64,000 nucleotides of DNA from Acidimicrobiia bacterium (GTDB taxonomy: Bacteria > Actinomycetota > Acidimicrobiia > IMCC26256 > JAGPDB01): the NCBI GenBank assembly GCA_018057765.1, contig JAGPDB010000009.1, forward strand, positions 126-64,125. The letters are read 5' to 3'. Positions 31,657 to 41,432 of this stretch are shown here, piece by piece. The notes under the pieces were generated by a model. It ran no database searches and had not been told where the DNA came from. It saw only the letters and a list, made by a program, of their open reading frames with translations. Within the stretch, counting starts at the first letter, position 1, and each line of letters opens with the position of its first letter. Made by a program: the position numbers and the translations under genes.

Positions 31657-31806
31657 GCTGGTAAGAATCAAAATTCATAATAGTACGAACTTTCCCGGTA
31701 TTTTCAAGATCACGATATGGAATCTCGATAAAACGATACGAAAAGATTAGGTATATTAGTAGTGCTTTTCTTGTATCCGTGCTGAGGTCGTATCTAAAAT
31801 TTTAAG

Positions 31807-32220
31807 CTAAAGAGTGATTTCTTTCAATTTCGTACTTATATCTTCAAGAAAAGGCATAGCCCCACTCGCACCAGGATTTGAAGCCATTGACATCAATTTG
31901 GCCATATTGCCTTGAACTACAACTTTGCCTTGCATCATAGCGTTCATAACTATAGCCATAGTGCCCTCAAGGAAAAGCGCTTTTGCCGTGTCATAATCAG
32001 ATTTTACTGTCACATCAGATGTTTCTTGATGAGATTCAATTAATGCAACGCTGTTTTCTCGCGCTACTATAGAGACTTGCTTGTCTCCATATGGCGTAGG
32101 TGTAACAGTGATGTTAATAGTTAGCTGCACGTCAGTTGGGTTATCGACTTCACGATCTCCAACTATTTCGTCTGCTGCTTTTTCCCATTCGGGTGATAAG
32201 AATTCAAATTTTTCGCTCAT
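31807..32220 (-). CDS. SCP2 (sterol-carrier-protein-2-like) domain protein
   Basis: 137-aa single-domain protein with the typical bacterial SCP2 layout (N-terminal FLSPEWEKAADE..., C-terminal GKVVVQGNMAKLM). Family call is by pattern only. Confidence 0.6.
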   Translation of the reverse strand: MSEKFEFLSPEWEKAADEIVGDREVDNPTDVQLTINITVTPTPYGDKQVSIVARENSVALIESHQETSDVTVKSDYDTAKALFLEGTMAIVMNAMMQGKVVVQGNMAKLMSMASNPGASGAMPFLEDISTKLKEITL

Positions 32221-32263
32221 AGTAAATATGAGTCTAGTGCGTGTTAGCTCCTAGAATGTTTAT

Positions 32264-32566
32264 ATGACACAAATTACTAAAGAAGAGGTTGTCCATGTGG
32301 CAAATTTGGCGCGATTGAGTTTGACTGATGAAGAAATTGAGAAATTTGGAAAGCAGATGAGCGCAATTTTGGAACATGCCAGTGAAGTGAGCAAGATAGA
32401 TACTCAAGGTGTTGTGCCAACTTCACATCCGCTAAAGATGGAAAATGTATTACGCGAAGACGTAGTTGGACTATCCCTAACTCAAGAACAAGCTTTAAGT
32501 GGCGCACCTAATGCACAAGAAGGTCGATTTATGGTTCCTCAAATTTTAGATGCAGAAGAGAATTAA
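32264..32566 (+). CDS. gatC: Asp/Glu-tRNA amidotransferase subunit C
   Basis: ~100-aa protein starting ...EEVVHVANLARLSLTDEEIEKF..., directly upstream of gatA. Confidence 0.9.
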   Translation: MTQITKEEVVHVANLARLSLTDEEIEKFGKQMSAILEHASEVSKIDTQGVVPTSHPLKMENVLREDVVGLSLTQEQALSGAPNAQEGRFMVPQILDAEEN

Positions 32567-32567
32567 T

Positions 32568-34043
32568 ATGGTCAATTATTTTAATTTAACAGCAAGTGAA
32601 AAAATAGAAGAATTCAAAACAAATGATATAACTGCAATTCAAATAGTTGAACATGCTTTAGACGCTATAGAAAAAACAGAATCACAACTAGATGCTTTCT
32701 TAACAGTAATGACCAATGAGGCTAAAGCGCAGGCATTAGATATTGATTCGCGTAAAGCAACTGGTGAAAGACTCGGCGCATTGGCTGGAACTGTCATTGC
32801 TATCAAAGACAATATGGCAAGCCTTGACATTAAAACTACCTGTGGTTCAAAAATTTTGGAAAACTGGATTTCTCCTTATGATGCGAGCGTTGTTACAAAA
32901 TTGAAAAATGCGGATGCAATTATTATTGGTAAAACAAATATGGATGAATTCGCTATGGGTTCTTCAACAGAAAACTCCGCATTCAAAATTACAAAGAACC
33001 CTCATGATACTTCGCGCGTTCCCGGCGGTTCATCTGGTGGATCAGCTGCGGTAGTCGCAGCTGGAGTTGTCGATTTCTCATTGGGTTCAGATACCGGTGG
33101 CTCCATACGTCAACCTGCATCATTTACTGGTTTAGTTGGGGTCAAGCCAACCTATGGTCGAGTATCTCGCTATGGTCTGGTTGCCTTTGGCTCTTCACTT
33201 GACCAGATAGGACCATTTGCTCGTAACGTGAGTGATGCTGCATTATTGCTAGATGTTATAAGTGGTTATGATGATCGTGATTCAACATCAATCCAACAAA
33301 ACTATGATGCGCTAGTTGATAAAGTTAAAGATTCTAAAGGTATTTCTGGTTTAAGGGTAGGAATTATTTCTGAACTTGCAGGCCCAGAAGGTTTTCAAAA
33401 AGAAGTTCTTGATGCTTTTAATAAAACTGTACGAGAATTAGAAAACCAGGGCGCAAAAGTAGATAGTGTTTCTATCCCATCGGCAGCTTTCGGTATTAGT
33501 GCTTATTATATAATTGCTCCTGCTGAAGCTTCATCTAATTTAGCTCGTTTTGATGGTATGCGTTATGGATTGCGTGTTGAAGAATCGACATCAGCAAAAA
33601 CAAATGAAGCAACTCGTGAAGAAGGATTTGGCGAAGAAGTAAAACGTCGCATCATGTTAGGTACTTATGCTTTAAGTGCTGGTTATTATGATGCTTTTTA
33701 CGCGCAAGCACAAAAAGTTCGCACTGTTATGATGGCTGAATTCGCAAAAGCTTATGAGAACTTTGATGTGCTGTTATGTCCTACTACACCAACAACAGCA
33801 TTTAGCGTTGGTGCTAATGATGATGATCCAATGCAAATGTATCTGAATGATCTTTGTACAATTCCAACTAATTTAGTTGGTGCTTGTGCTATAAGTGTAC
33901 CGGTCGGGGTTGACGAAAACTCTTTGCCAATAGGTATCCAAGTATGTGCTCCGCCACTGGATGAAGAAGTTATTTTTGATGTTGCGAAAGCTATCGAGAG
34001 AACTTCTAATTACTCAACAAAACCACAAGTGTATGCATCTTGA
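32568..34043 (+). CDS. gatA: Asp/Glu-tRNA amidotransferase subunit A
   Basis: Amidase signature GGSSGGSAAVVAAG and GSDTGGSIRQPA. The ATG at 32568 lies 1 nt after the gatC stop; the ORF-track start at 32550 would overlap gatC. Confidence 0.93.
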   Translation: MVNYFNLTASEKIEEFKTNDITAIQIVEHALDAIEKTESQLDAFLTVMTNEAKAQALDIDSRKATGERLGALAGTVIAIKDNMASLDIKTTCGSKILENWISPYDASVVTKLKNADAIIIGKTNMDEFAMGSSTENSAFKITKNPHDTSRVPGGSSGGSAAVVAAGVVDFSLGSDTGGSIRQPASFTGLVGVKPTYGRVSRYGLVAFGSSLDQIGPFARNVSDAALLLDVISGYDDRDSTSIQQNYDALVDKVKDSKGISGLRVGIISELAGPEGFQKEVLDAFNKTVRELENQGAKVDSVSIPSAAFGISAYYIIAPAEASSNLARFDGMRYGLRVEESTSAKTNEATREEGFGEEVKRRIMLGTYALSAGYYDAFYAQAQKVRTVMMAEFAKAYENFDVLLCPTTPTTAFSVGANDDDPMQMYLNDLCTIPTNLVGACAISVPVGVDENSLPIGIQVCAPPLDEEVIFDVAKAIERTSNYSTKPQVYAS

Positions 34044-34081
34044 ACTAATTTCTAAAATATAAACTATACCGAGGAGAAATC

Positions 34082-34516
34082 GTGTCGGATGAAAAAGTAA
34101 TAGATAAAGAAAATTTAGAAACTGAACAAAAAGAAAATAGTCCAATTCAAAATGGCAAACAAAAAAAGAAAAAACGGTTTATTGCTGCTGTAATAATAAT
34201 TGTTATTTTGTCATTGGGCGCGTTGTCGATATATTTATTGGACCCGGTCGCAAAAGTTGGATCTACTGTTTCAAAAGTAAAAGCACAAGCAAAAAAAGCA
34301 AGTGGTATCGACGAAATGCTCGATATGGAATATTATTTTAAGAGCGATGGATCTTTAGATAAAGCAAAAGTCGCTGATGTGCAATCAAAGGTGCCCCCAT
34401 TATTTAAAAACAAGATGCTAGAGGGTATGAAGAAAAGGATAGCCCTAGCAATAGAGAAAAAAGATATAACACGAAGACAAGGTGATGAACTAAGTAGTGC
34501 CCTCGGTATTGGCTGA
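34082..34516 (+). CDS. Hypothetical membrane-anchored protein
   Basis: GTG-start ORF with a Lys-rich N-terminus, a single TM helix (FIAAVIIIVILSLGALSIYLL) and a charged C-terminal part; no motif. Confidence 0.45.
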   Translation: MSDEKVIDKENLETEQKENSPIQNGKQKKKKRFIAAVIIIVILSLGALSIYLLDPVAKVGSTVSKVKAQAKKASGIDEMLDMEYYFKSDGSLDKAKVADVQSKVPPLFKNKMLEGMKKRIALAIEKKDITRRQGDELSSALGIG

Positions 34517-34568
34517 ACACAATATTGCTCGTTTGACGTAATAGTGGTTTATGTCTTAAAATAGTTTC

Positions 34569-35045
34569 ATGAGTTTGGAACCGAGAACATTAGGTTATAT
34601 TGATGATCAGAGAGTTATTCAATTAAAGAAGAATTTGAAAGAAAATAGTCCAAAATTTCGTGGAACTTTAAAAAAAGTAAAAGCAGTCATAAAACTTCTC
34701 GAAGCCTATAGAAAACACGATGGTATTGGAAATGAAGAAGAATTTAAGCCTCATTCTTTTAAGGATTTAATATCTGATTTCTCTGGTTTTAGAGCAATTT
34801 TACCAGAAGGTCAAAATGGAAAGACTAAAAGATTTGCTGGTATAGAAGCAATACTCGGCAAAGAGCTCGTATTGAAAATAGATTCAGATGCAAAAAAACT
34901 TAGCAGCATAGAAGGGTCAGCAGTTGAAATTGAAGTAAGAAAAATTTTTAGTGCTATTACAAAAGAACAAGAGTTCCAATTTTCTCGCCAAATAGATATT
35001 TTACAATCTTTGCTACCAGAGCAAGTTCAATCAGTCACCAGATAA
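34569..35045 (+). CDS. Hypothetical protein
   Basis: 158-codon ORF, Lys/Glu-rich, no recognised motif. Confidence 0.45.
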   Translation: MSLEPRTLGYIDDQRVIQLKKNLKENSPKFRGTLKKVKAVIKLLEAYRKHDGIGNEEEFKPHSFKDLISDFSGFRAILPEGQNGKTKRFAGIEAILGKELVLKIDSDAKKLSSIEGSAVEIEVRKIFSAITKEQEFQFSRQIDILQSLLPEQVQSVTR

Positions 35046-35075
35046 CCTTTTTCATAAACTTAAGCATCAAGTCGG

Positions 35076-35208
35076 TTAAACTCTAACTATGACAACAATT
35101 AAATAAAAAGCTATGAATGTCGCAACCGCTCACCTCGAAACTGGCTATGAAGCTGTTATAGGCTTGGAAGTTCACTGTGAGCTTTCTAACAACACAAAAC
35201 TTTTTTGT
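35076..35208 (+). pseudogene. gatB: Decayed remnant of the gatB 5' end (left copy of direct repeat)
   Basis: It aligns colinearly with 46992-47124, the start of intact gatB, and translates as ...ATAHLETGYEAVIGLEVHCELSNNTKLFC. The first ATG (35089) runs into TAA after 5 codons, and similarity ends abruptly at 35208. Confidence 0.8.
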
Positions 35209-35235
35209 AAAGTACCAAAAGTAAACGCTTTAATA

Positions 35236-36561
35236 TTAAAGATATTCTACGTTTTCGCCTATGAGGCAGTGACATATATCGAATACTTGATTCGAATATT
35301 CTGTTATAAGTTGACCATCTATGCAATCATGATTTACTAGTACTACCACTAGGTCAGCAGATTGAATTTGAGATTCATTTAGCTCAACCCAATTATAATC
35401 TGGATTACGATATCTCTTATCAACAAGTGGGTCATGAACATTTACATTTGCTCCTGTATCTACTAATAGCTTTGTTACCTCTTCGGCGGGTGATTCGCGA
35501 TTATCACCACAGTTTGCCTTGTATGAATTACCTATAACTAAAATATCAGAATCACTGATACAGAGCTCTTGCTTTTTTAAAGATTTTGTTATTCTGCCAA
35601 CAACGTGTGGGGGCATCTCTTTGTTTATCTCACTTGCAAGATTAGCAAATCTAAAATTGTGACCATTTTGCTCGATTGCCCAAGAAAGGTAATGAGGATC
35701 AATAGGTAAACAATGTCCACCTGCGCCTGCGCCTGGTTTAAAAGGCATGAAGCCGTAAGGTTTTGTTGAAGCGGCTTCGATGGCTTCCCAAATGTCAATA
35801 TCTAATGAGTTAGCATACATTGCTAATTCATTAATTAAACTTATATTTACATATCTAAAAGTATTTTCTAACAGTTTAGAGAACTCTGCTACTTTTGGAT
35901 TTGAAACAGGTACAGTGGTATCAATAATTGTTTCCCAAAATTTTTGTGCTTCCTTCAATGATAGATTACCTACCCCACCTATAACTTTTGGCGTGTTAAC
36001 TATATCCCATAATTTGTTAACAGGGTCTATTCTTTCTGAGCTAAAAGCTAAATGGAAATCTACTCCTGATGTTAAACCTGAAGTCTCTAAGATTGGTGCG
36101 ACTACACTTTCAACTGTGCCAGGGTATGATGTTGATTCTAGAATGACTAATGATCCTGTAGTTAGATATTTAGATATTAAATTTGATGCATCTTCTATAA
36201 AGCTAACATTAGGTTTTCCGTCTTTAAGAGGTGTAGGTACGGTTATAACTGCAACATCGAAATTTATACAATCTTGCTCGTCTTTGCTAGGAGTAAATAG
36301 CCCTGTCTTTAGAGCTGCTTTAATCTGTCCATTCGATATATCGTCTATATATGATTGTCCCGATCTTAACGACGAAACCCTTTTCTCATCAATGTCGAAA
36401 CCTACAACATTGTAACCTGCCTCAATTGCACGAATAGTAAGTGGCAAACCAACATAGCCTTGCCCAACAATAAGTAGCTTTGGAGATTTAGACTTTAGAT
36501 TTGGACCGCATGATCCAGCTAAATCTTGATAATGGTTAGATTTAATTTTTTGATTTGTCAA
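35236..36561 (-). CDS. Nucleotide-sugar 6-dehydrogenase (UDP-glucose/GDP-mannose dehydrogenase family)
   Basis: N-terminal Rossmann motif LLIVGQGYVGLPL and catalytic Cys motif GAGGHCLPIDPHYL; typical length (441 aa). Confidence 0.85.
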   Translation of the reverse strand: MTNQKIKSNHYQDLAGSCGPNLKSKSPKLLIVGQGYVGLPLTIRAIEAGYNVVGFDIDEKRVSSLRSGQSYIDDISNGQIKAALKTGLFTPSKDEQDCINFDVAVITVPTPLKDGKPNVSFIEDASNLISKYLTTGSLVILESTSYPGTVESVVAPILETSGLTSGVDFHLAFSSERIDPVNKLWDIVNTPKVIGGVGNLSLKEAQKFWETIIDTTVPVSNPKVAEFSKLLENTFRYVNISLINELAMYANSLDIDIWEAIEAASTKPYGFMPFKPGAGAGGHCLPIDPHYLSWAIEQNGHNFRFANLASEINKEMPPHVVGRITKSLKKQELCISDSDILVIGNSYKANCGDNRESPAEEVTKLLVDTGANVNVHDPLVDKRYRNPDYNWVELNESQIQSADLVVVLVNHDCIDGQLITEYSNQVFDICHCLIGENVEYL

Positions 36562-36732
36562 CCGAATTCCTTTAAATGGCTATTTAGTACCATTTTAGTC
36601 ATATATCCGTCTATTGGCAAATGTTATATTAAATTATGAGCAAAAATATGAATTTCTAGTGTATATCTGCTTAATCTCTTCTAGAGTGCCTTATAATAAA
36701 AGATCTAATAGTATCGGTTCAGGATTATAAAT

Positions 36733-37725
36733 ATGAAAATGAAACAAACACTTATTATTGGAGCAGGTCATGCAGGTCAAAACCTACACTTGAAAACCTT
36801 AAAGAAACTAGAAATTAACACTTTGGTTGGGTTCGTTGATAATAATATAATAAAAAGTATACCCGGCATAAATAGAAAAAATATTTTCAAGAATTTGTCT
36901 AGTGTTGATGGATTTCCTGCTGATTCAACAGTGGTGCACATTTGTACTCCACCACAATCTCATAAAAAAATTATAGAAGAATTACTTCAGATGGGCTATA
37001 TGAATATCATTATTGAAAAGCCGATGTCAAACAATTACAAAGATGCAATTGATATTAATACTTTGATAATAGATTCGAATTCACAAGGAACAATTTTCGT
37101 CGTGGCAAATTGGTTGTACAGTAAAGTGATCTGGCATCTGAGAGACAAATTGAGTGACACAAAACTTGCTGTGTCCACAGTTAAGATGCAACAATCAAAA
37201 CCACGTTTCGAAAAGACCACATCAAATACTTACAAAGAGTCAATTTTTGACATTGAGATGCCTCACCTTGTAGTTCTTGCAATGTATCTTTTTGGTAAAG
37301 ATCTAAAATATAATATTTCTAAATGCGGAGATATGGTATATGAAAGTATTACATATAAAAACATGGGGTGGGCTACTTTAGAAATGGTATCAAGAGAAGG
37401 TTTTATAATAAATCTTGAAACATCATTAGTGTCTAAAAAAAGATCCAGAAAATTGGAGATTACTCTCGAAGACAAAAGTAAAATGATGTGTACTTTTCCC
37501 AGTGGGGGAGATGACAATTTTATATCTGAATTTCAATCTTGGACACCAAATGGTGAATTAATAGATTCAATCACATTCCAAGATGAGACATTATCAACAT
37601 TTATTTCAATGGCGTATGGAGCATTTAATGAAGAGGGAGCGGCGTTGATCAGCAATGGTGAACTAAACTTAGAAGTATGCAAAATGTTAGAAAAGGCAAA
37701 ATCGAATTCTATACATTGTCCGTAA
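36733..37725 (+). CDS. Gfo/Idh/MocA-family oxidoreductase
   Basis: N-terminal LIIGAGHAGQNLH dinucleotide-binding motif and the family-typical EKP motif (IIIEKPMSNN). Confidence 0.7.
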   Translation: MKMKQTLIIGAGHAGQNLHLKTLKKLEINTLVGFVDNNIIKSIPGINRKNIFKNLSSVDGFPADSTVVHICTPPQSHKKIIEELLQMGYMNIIIEKPMSNNYKDAIDINTLIIDSNSQGTIFVVANWLYSKVIWHLRDKLSDTKLAVSTVKMQQSKPRFEKTTSNTYKESIFDIEMPHLVVLAMYLFGKDLKYNISKCGDMVYESITYKNMGWATLEMVSREGFIINLETSLVSKKRSRKLEITLEDKSKMMCTFPSGGDDNFISEFQSWTPNGELIDSITFQDETLSTFISMAYGAFNEEGAALISNGELNLEVCKMLEKAKSNSIHCP

Positions 37726-37757
37726 GTAGCTGGGTCTACTCATTGAGTGAATAAAAT

Positions 37758-39035
37758 ATGAAAAATAAAGATTACATCATCGAAAACATCGATATTAACT
37801 TTAAAAAAGTTGTATTCCTTAAACCATTAAACTTAAGTAAAGGAAAGATTACTGAACTTAGCGAAGCAACCGTAACTGTGAACATAGTTGATCAAAATGG
37901 TTCTCAAGCTAGTGGTATAGGTTCAGTACTGCTTTCCTATCCCTGGGCCTGGCCCGATACCGAGTTAACTAACGAAGCTTGTGACGATACTTTGCGGATG
38001 GTTCTAAAAAAGATAATTGAATTTATAGACTGCAATAATAGATTTTTAAATCCTTTAGAAATGGGAATTGCTATTGATGAGCAGCTAGATGATATATTAT
38101 CTTCATTCGAACTTAATATTCCTAGATTAGCTGGGGCTATATGTGTTGCTCCTTTAGATGCTGCAATTCATGATGCTTGGGGAAAGTTACATGGTAAATC
38201 TGTATACAAAATGTATACGAAAGAATATCTTTATAAAGATCTTTCTGCTTATATAGGAAATATTGGTAATGGGATTTATCCGAGTGACTTATTTCTTGAA
38301 CAGCAGAATAAAAGTTCACTTATTCAACATGTCGTAGATATAGGTGCAGATTTAGATGAGCTATATTCCTCGATTACTAAAGAGAATATTAGATCTTTGA
38401 AAATTAAATGCTCGGGTTCGGATCCTTTAAGTGATGCTAGGCAGATACAAGAAATATATAAAATAGCAAAGAGCGCTGTACAAGATGGTTCTTTGTGTCT
38501 TTCATTAGATCCTAACGAAAGTTATACAGATATAGAATCCCTTATAGAGCTAATTGATAGATTAAATATAGATTCACCTGAGATTTATGATTCTATCCAA
38601 TATATTGAGCAACCTTTTTTACGAACTGTGAGGTTTGAAAAAGACCAATTACAAGTTATATCTGAAAGGATACCGTTGATAGCCGATGAAGGTTATACGC
38701 ATGTATCTGATCTTCCAGAATTGATGAATGAAGGTTGGTCTGGTATTGCTTTGAAGACGGCAAAGGGCATGACTCAATCTTTGTTGTCATATTCGTTTGC
38801 AAAAATTAGTAATAAATTTATCACATTACAAGATTTAACAAATGTCAATGATTCATTGCTTCAATCAGCATCGCTTGCATCACATCTATATCTCTCGACA
38901 CAAAATATCGAATGTAATTCAAGGCAATATTTACCAAATGAAAAATATTTTGTAGAAAATATTTTGCCTGATTTTATTCATACTTCAGACGGAACTATTC
39001 GTTTTGATAAATTGGAAAATGTAGGTATATATTGA
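37758..39035 (+). CDS. Enolase-superfamily enzyme, MLE subgroup (racemase/epimerase-type active site)
   Basis: Ordered barrel motifs: KxK (LKIKCSG), metal ligands DPNES, IEQP and ADEG, and a second catalytic Lys (IALKTAKG). This is the pattern of dipeptide epimerases and N-acylamino-acid racemases. Confidence 0.75.
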   Translation: MKNKDYIIENIDINFKKVVFLKPLNLSKGKITELSEATVTVNIVDQNGSQASGIGSVLLSYPWAWPDTELTNEACDDTLRMVLKKIIEFIDCNNRFLNPLEMGIAIDEQLDDILSSFELNIPRLAGAICVAPLDAAIHDAWGKLHGKSVYKMYTKEYLYKDLSAYIGNIGNGIYPSDLFLEQQNKSSLIQHVVDIGADLDELYSSITKENIRSLKIKCSGSDPLSDARQIQEIYKIAKSAVQDGSLCLSLDPNESYTDIESLIELIDRLNIDSPEIYDSIQYIEQPFLRTVRFEKDQLQVISERIPLIADEGYTHVSDLPELMNEGWSGIALKTAKGMTQSLLSYSFAKISNKFITLQDLTNVNDSLLQSASLASHLYLSTQNIECNSRQYLPNEKYFVENILPDFIHTSDGTIRFDKLENVGIY

Positions 39036-40024
39036 TGACGGATAAAATGGTATTTCCTCGAAAGTTAAAAGAAGGTTCTCAAGTAAGGGTAATTGCCCCA
39101 TCAAGTCCATTTAATCAAGTTGATCTTTCACAAAGAAAGACTATCGAGCGCGTATTAAAAGAATTAGGGCTTACTCTAACTTATGGTAAATATGTAGATT
39201 CTCAAAACAGCGAATGTTTAGTGGACCCAATACTCAGAGCCTCTGATTTGCATGAAGCATTTTTAGATCCAGATGTAGATTGCATTTTGGCGGCCATTGG
39301 CGGCTACAACTCGAAGGATTTATTGCCATATATTAAATGGGAGGTAGTCTCACAAAATCCAAAAATATTTTGTGGATTTTCTGACATAACTTTACTGCAA
39401 AATGTGTTTACACAAAAATTAGATATTGTTACTTATTCTGGTCCAATGTTATCAACATTCGGCATGGAACATCATAATGATCAAACTATAGATTGGTTTA
39501 AACAGTGTCTTTTTGATGAGTCTCCATATACTCTTTCAGCTTCAGAAACTTATTCAGATGATGAGTGGTGGTCGGATCAAGAAGATAGAAAATTATTGCC
39601 GTCTTCTTGGTGGGTAATAAATTCTGGAGAAAGTATTATGGGCAAAATCATTGGTGGAAATCTAACCACATTAAACTTACTTTTGGGAACTGATTATTTT
39701 CCAGAATTAGATGATACAATTGTATTTGTCGAAGATGATTACGAGTCTACATTAGATATTTTCATTCGAGATATAACCTCGTTAACGCAACATAGTAATT
39801 TCAGCGGAGTTAAAGCATTGATCATAGGTAGATTTCAGAATTCTAGCAATGTCGATCGTGATGATATAGCGAGCATGGTAAAGAGTAATCAAGTATTAGA
39901 TTCTATACCAGTTTTAGCTAATGTAGATTTTGGGCACACTTATCCTATGTTCACTTTTCCTATTGGGGGTATTGCCTCAATATCTTTTGATGATAACCCA
40001 AAAATAGTTATAGTGAAACATTAA
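39032..40024 (+). CDS. S66 serine peptidase (LD-carboxypeptidase LdcA / microcin-C immunity MccF family)
   Basis: Family motifs RVIAPSSP and AIGGYNS. Catalytic Ser is in GFSDITLL, Glu in VEDDYES and His in DFGHTYP. The start overlaps the upstream gene by 4 nt (ATGA). Confidence 0.85.
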   Translation: MMTDKMVFPRKLKEGSQVRVIAPSSPFNQVDLSQRKTIERVLKELGLTLTYGKYVDSQNSECLVDPILRASDLHEAFLDPDVDCILAAIGGYNSKDLLPYIKWEVVSQNPKIFCGFSDITLLQNVFTQKLDIVTYSGPMLSTFGMEHHNDQTIDWFKQCLFDESPYTLSASETYSDDEWWSDQEDRKLLPSSWWVINSGESIMGKIIGGNLTTLNLLLGTDYFPELDDTIVFVEDDYESTLDIFIRDITSLTQHSNFSGVKALIIGRFQNSSNVDRDDIASMVKSNQVLDSIPVLANVDFGHTYPMFTFPIGGIASISFDDNPKIVIVKH

Positions 40025-41432
40025 TCTTTTTTAGATCATCTAACCATGGTCGATAAAACTCTATGCTACTGCACAACTGAAATAAACTCGGTTCGTCTCC
40101 ATGTCTTGCAATGGCTTGTAAACCAATGGGCAACCCTGAGTTCGAAAATCCACATGGTATATTTGCAGCTGGATGACCGCTCAGGTTGAAAAGCCACGTA
40201 AAAATCATCCAGTCAACAGAATTATGTCTATTGATATATTGATCAGGAACAATTGAATGGGGTTTAATAGCTGCGATAGGCGAAGTCGGAGTGATGAGAA
40301 AATCGTAGTCAAACAACATATCTTCGACTTTGCTATAAGATTCTATACGGAGGTCATTAGCAGTCTTCAAGATATCAGATGTTATTTCTTTTCCTTTGTT
40401 AATCCAATATTTTCTACCCTCATCAATTAGGTCCCACTTTCTAATATTTTTTTCTTGTTCATGTAGGCCTGCATGAGCGTGACTGAATATCACATTAAAT
40501 GCTTCTTGAAATTTTAGATCTAGTTTTGGTTCGACAATTTCGACCTCATGACCATCTTTTGTAAGCGACATGATGGCAGCATCAATTCGATCTTTAACTT
40601 CTGGCTCAGCGGTACCAAAACCTAGATCACTACAATATGCAATCTTGTATTTTGTCTTTTTGCTTCTAGGAATAGACAGCGAATCACTAATTTTCAAATA
40701 CGTATGTGTATCTCCAGTGTTATAACCTGACATAGCATCTAACATTATGGAACTATCTCTAACGCTTCTAGTCATTGGGCCAGCTGATACTATATATTTG
40801 AGTGATGGATGTACTGCAACGTTAGGTATTCTTCCAAAGGTTGGCTTTAGTCCAAATATTCCAGACATAGAAGATGGAATTCTGATTGAACCTGCTGCAT
40901 CGCTACCATGAGCTATAGTACACATTCCTAATGCAATTGCAGTTGCAGCGCCTCCACTAGAACCACCTGATGAATACCTAGTGTCAAATGGGTTTAGTGA
41001 AGAAGGCATAATTCTGTTACTCGTGTCGCCTTTATAGCCGTATTCGCTTGTATTCGTTTTTCCTAAAAAAATAGCACCAAGGTTTATTAACCTTTTGACG
41101 AATTCTGCACTATTTTTAGCTATATCATTTTTATGGAGTAATGAACCACGAGTAAATAATTCATTTTCTACTGGTGTGAGATCCTTTACCGAAAAAGAGA
41201 TTCCACATAATATATTTTTTTCACCAGCCTGTATCTGTAATTCAGCCTTTTTTGCATCTTCGAGCGCACGTTCATGTGAAACACTTATATAAGCGTTGTA
41301 GATCGGGTTTAAAAGGTCAATGCGATCAAGCAACGTTTTAGTGACATCTACTGGGGAAAGAATTTTGGACTGGTATGCTTTTGACAATTCATCTATCGAT
41401 GCATACGCAATCCAATCTTCGTTTATAGACAT
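40008..41432 (-). CDS. Amidase-signature family amidohydrolase
   Basis: SFSVKDL (Lys), GGSSGGAATAIALG and GSDAAGSIRIPSSMSG (Ser-cisSer). It is a paralogue type of GatA but stand-alone. Confidence 0.85.
   Translation of the reverse strand: MSINEDWIAYASIDELSKAYQSKILSPVDVTKTLLDRIDLLNPIYNAYISVSHERALEDAKKAELQIQAGEKNILCGISFSVKDLTPVENELFTRGSLLHKNDIAKNSAEFVKRLINLGAIFLGKTNTSEYGYKGDTSNRIMPSSLNPFDTRYSSGGSSGGAATAIALGMCTIAHGSDAAGSIRIPSSMSGIFGLKPTFGRIPNVAVHPSLKYIVSAGPMTRSVRDSSIMLDAMSGYNTGDTHTYLKISDSLSIPRSKKTKYKIAYCSDLGFGTAEPEVKDRIDAAIMSLTKDGHEVEIVEPKLDLKFQEAFNVIFSHAHAGLHEQEKNIRKWDLIDEGRKYWINKGKEITSDILKTANDLRIESYSKVEDMLFDYDFLITPTSPIAAIKPHSIVPDQYINRHNSVDWMIFTWLFNLSGHPAANIPCGFSNSGLPIGLQAIARHGDEPSLFQLCSSIEFYRPWLDDLKKINVSL

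Noticed and set aside
35113-35340. The 75-aa ORF in the ORF track (MNVATAHLETGYEAV...)
   Set aside because: It is not a real gene. Its first ~32 codons are the decayed gatB 5' remnant and the rest is read-through into the antisense of the 3' end of the nucleotide-sugar dehydrogenase gene.
35780-36415. 211-aa plus-strand ORF
   Set aside because: It lies entirely antisense within the well-supported nucleotide-sugar dehydrogenase gene and has no motifs, so it is a shadow ORF.
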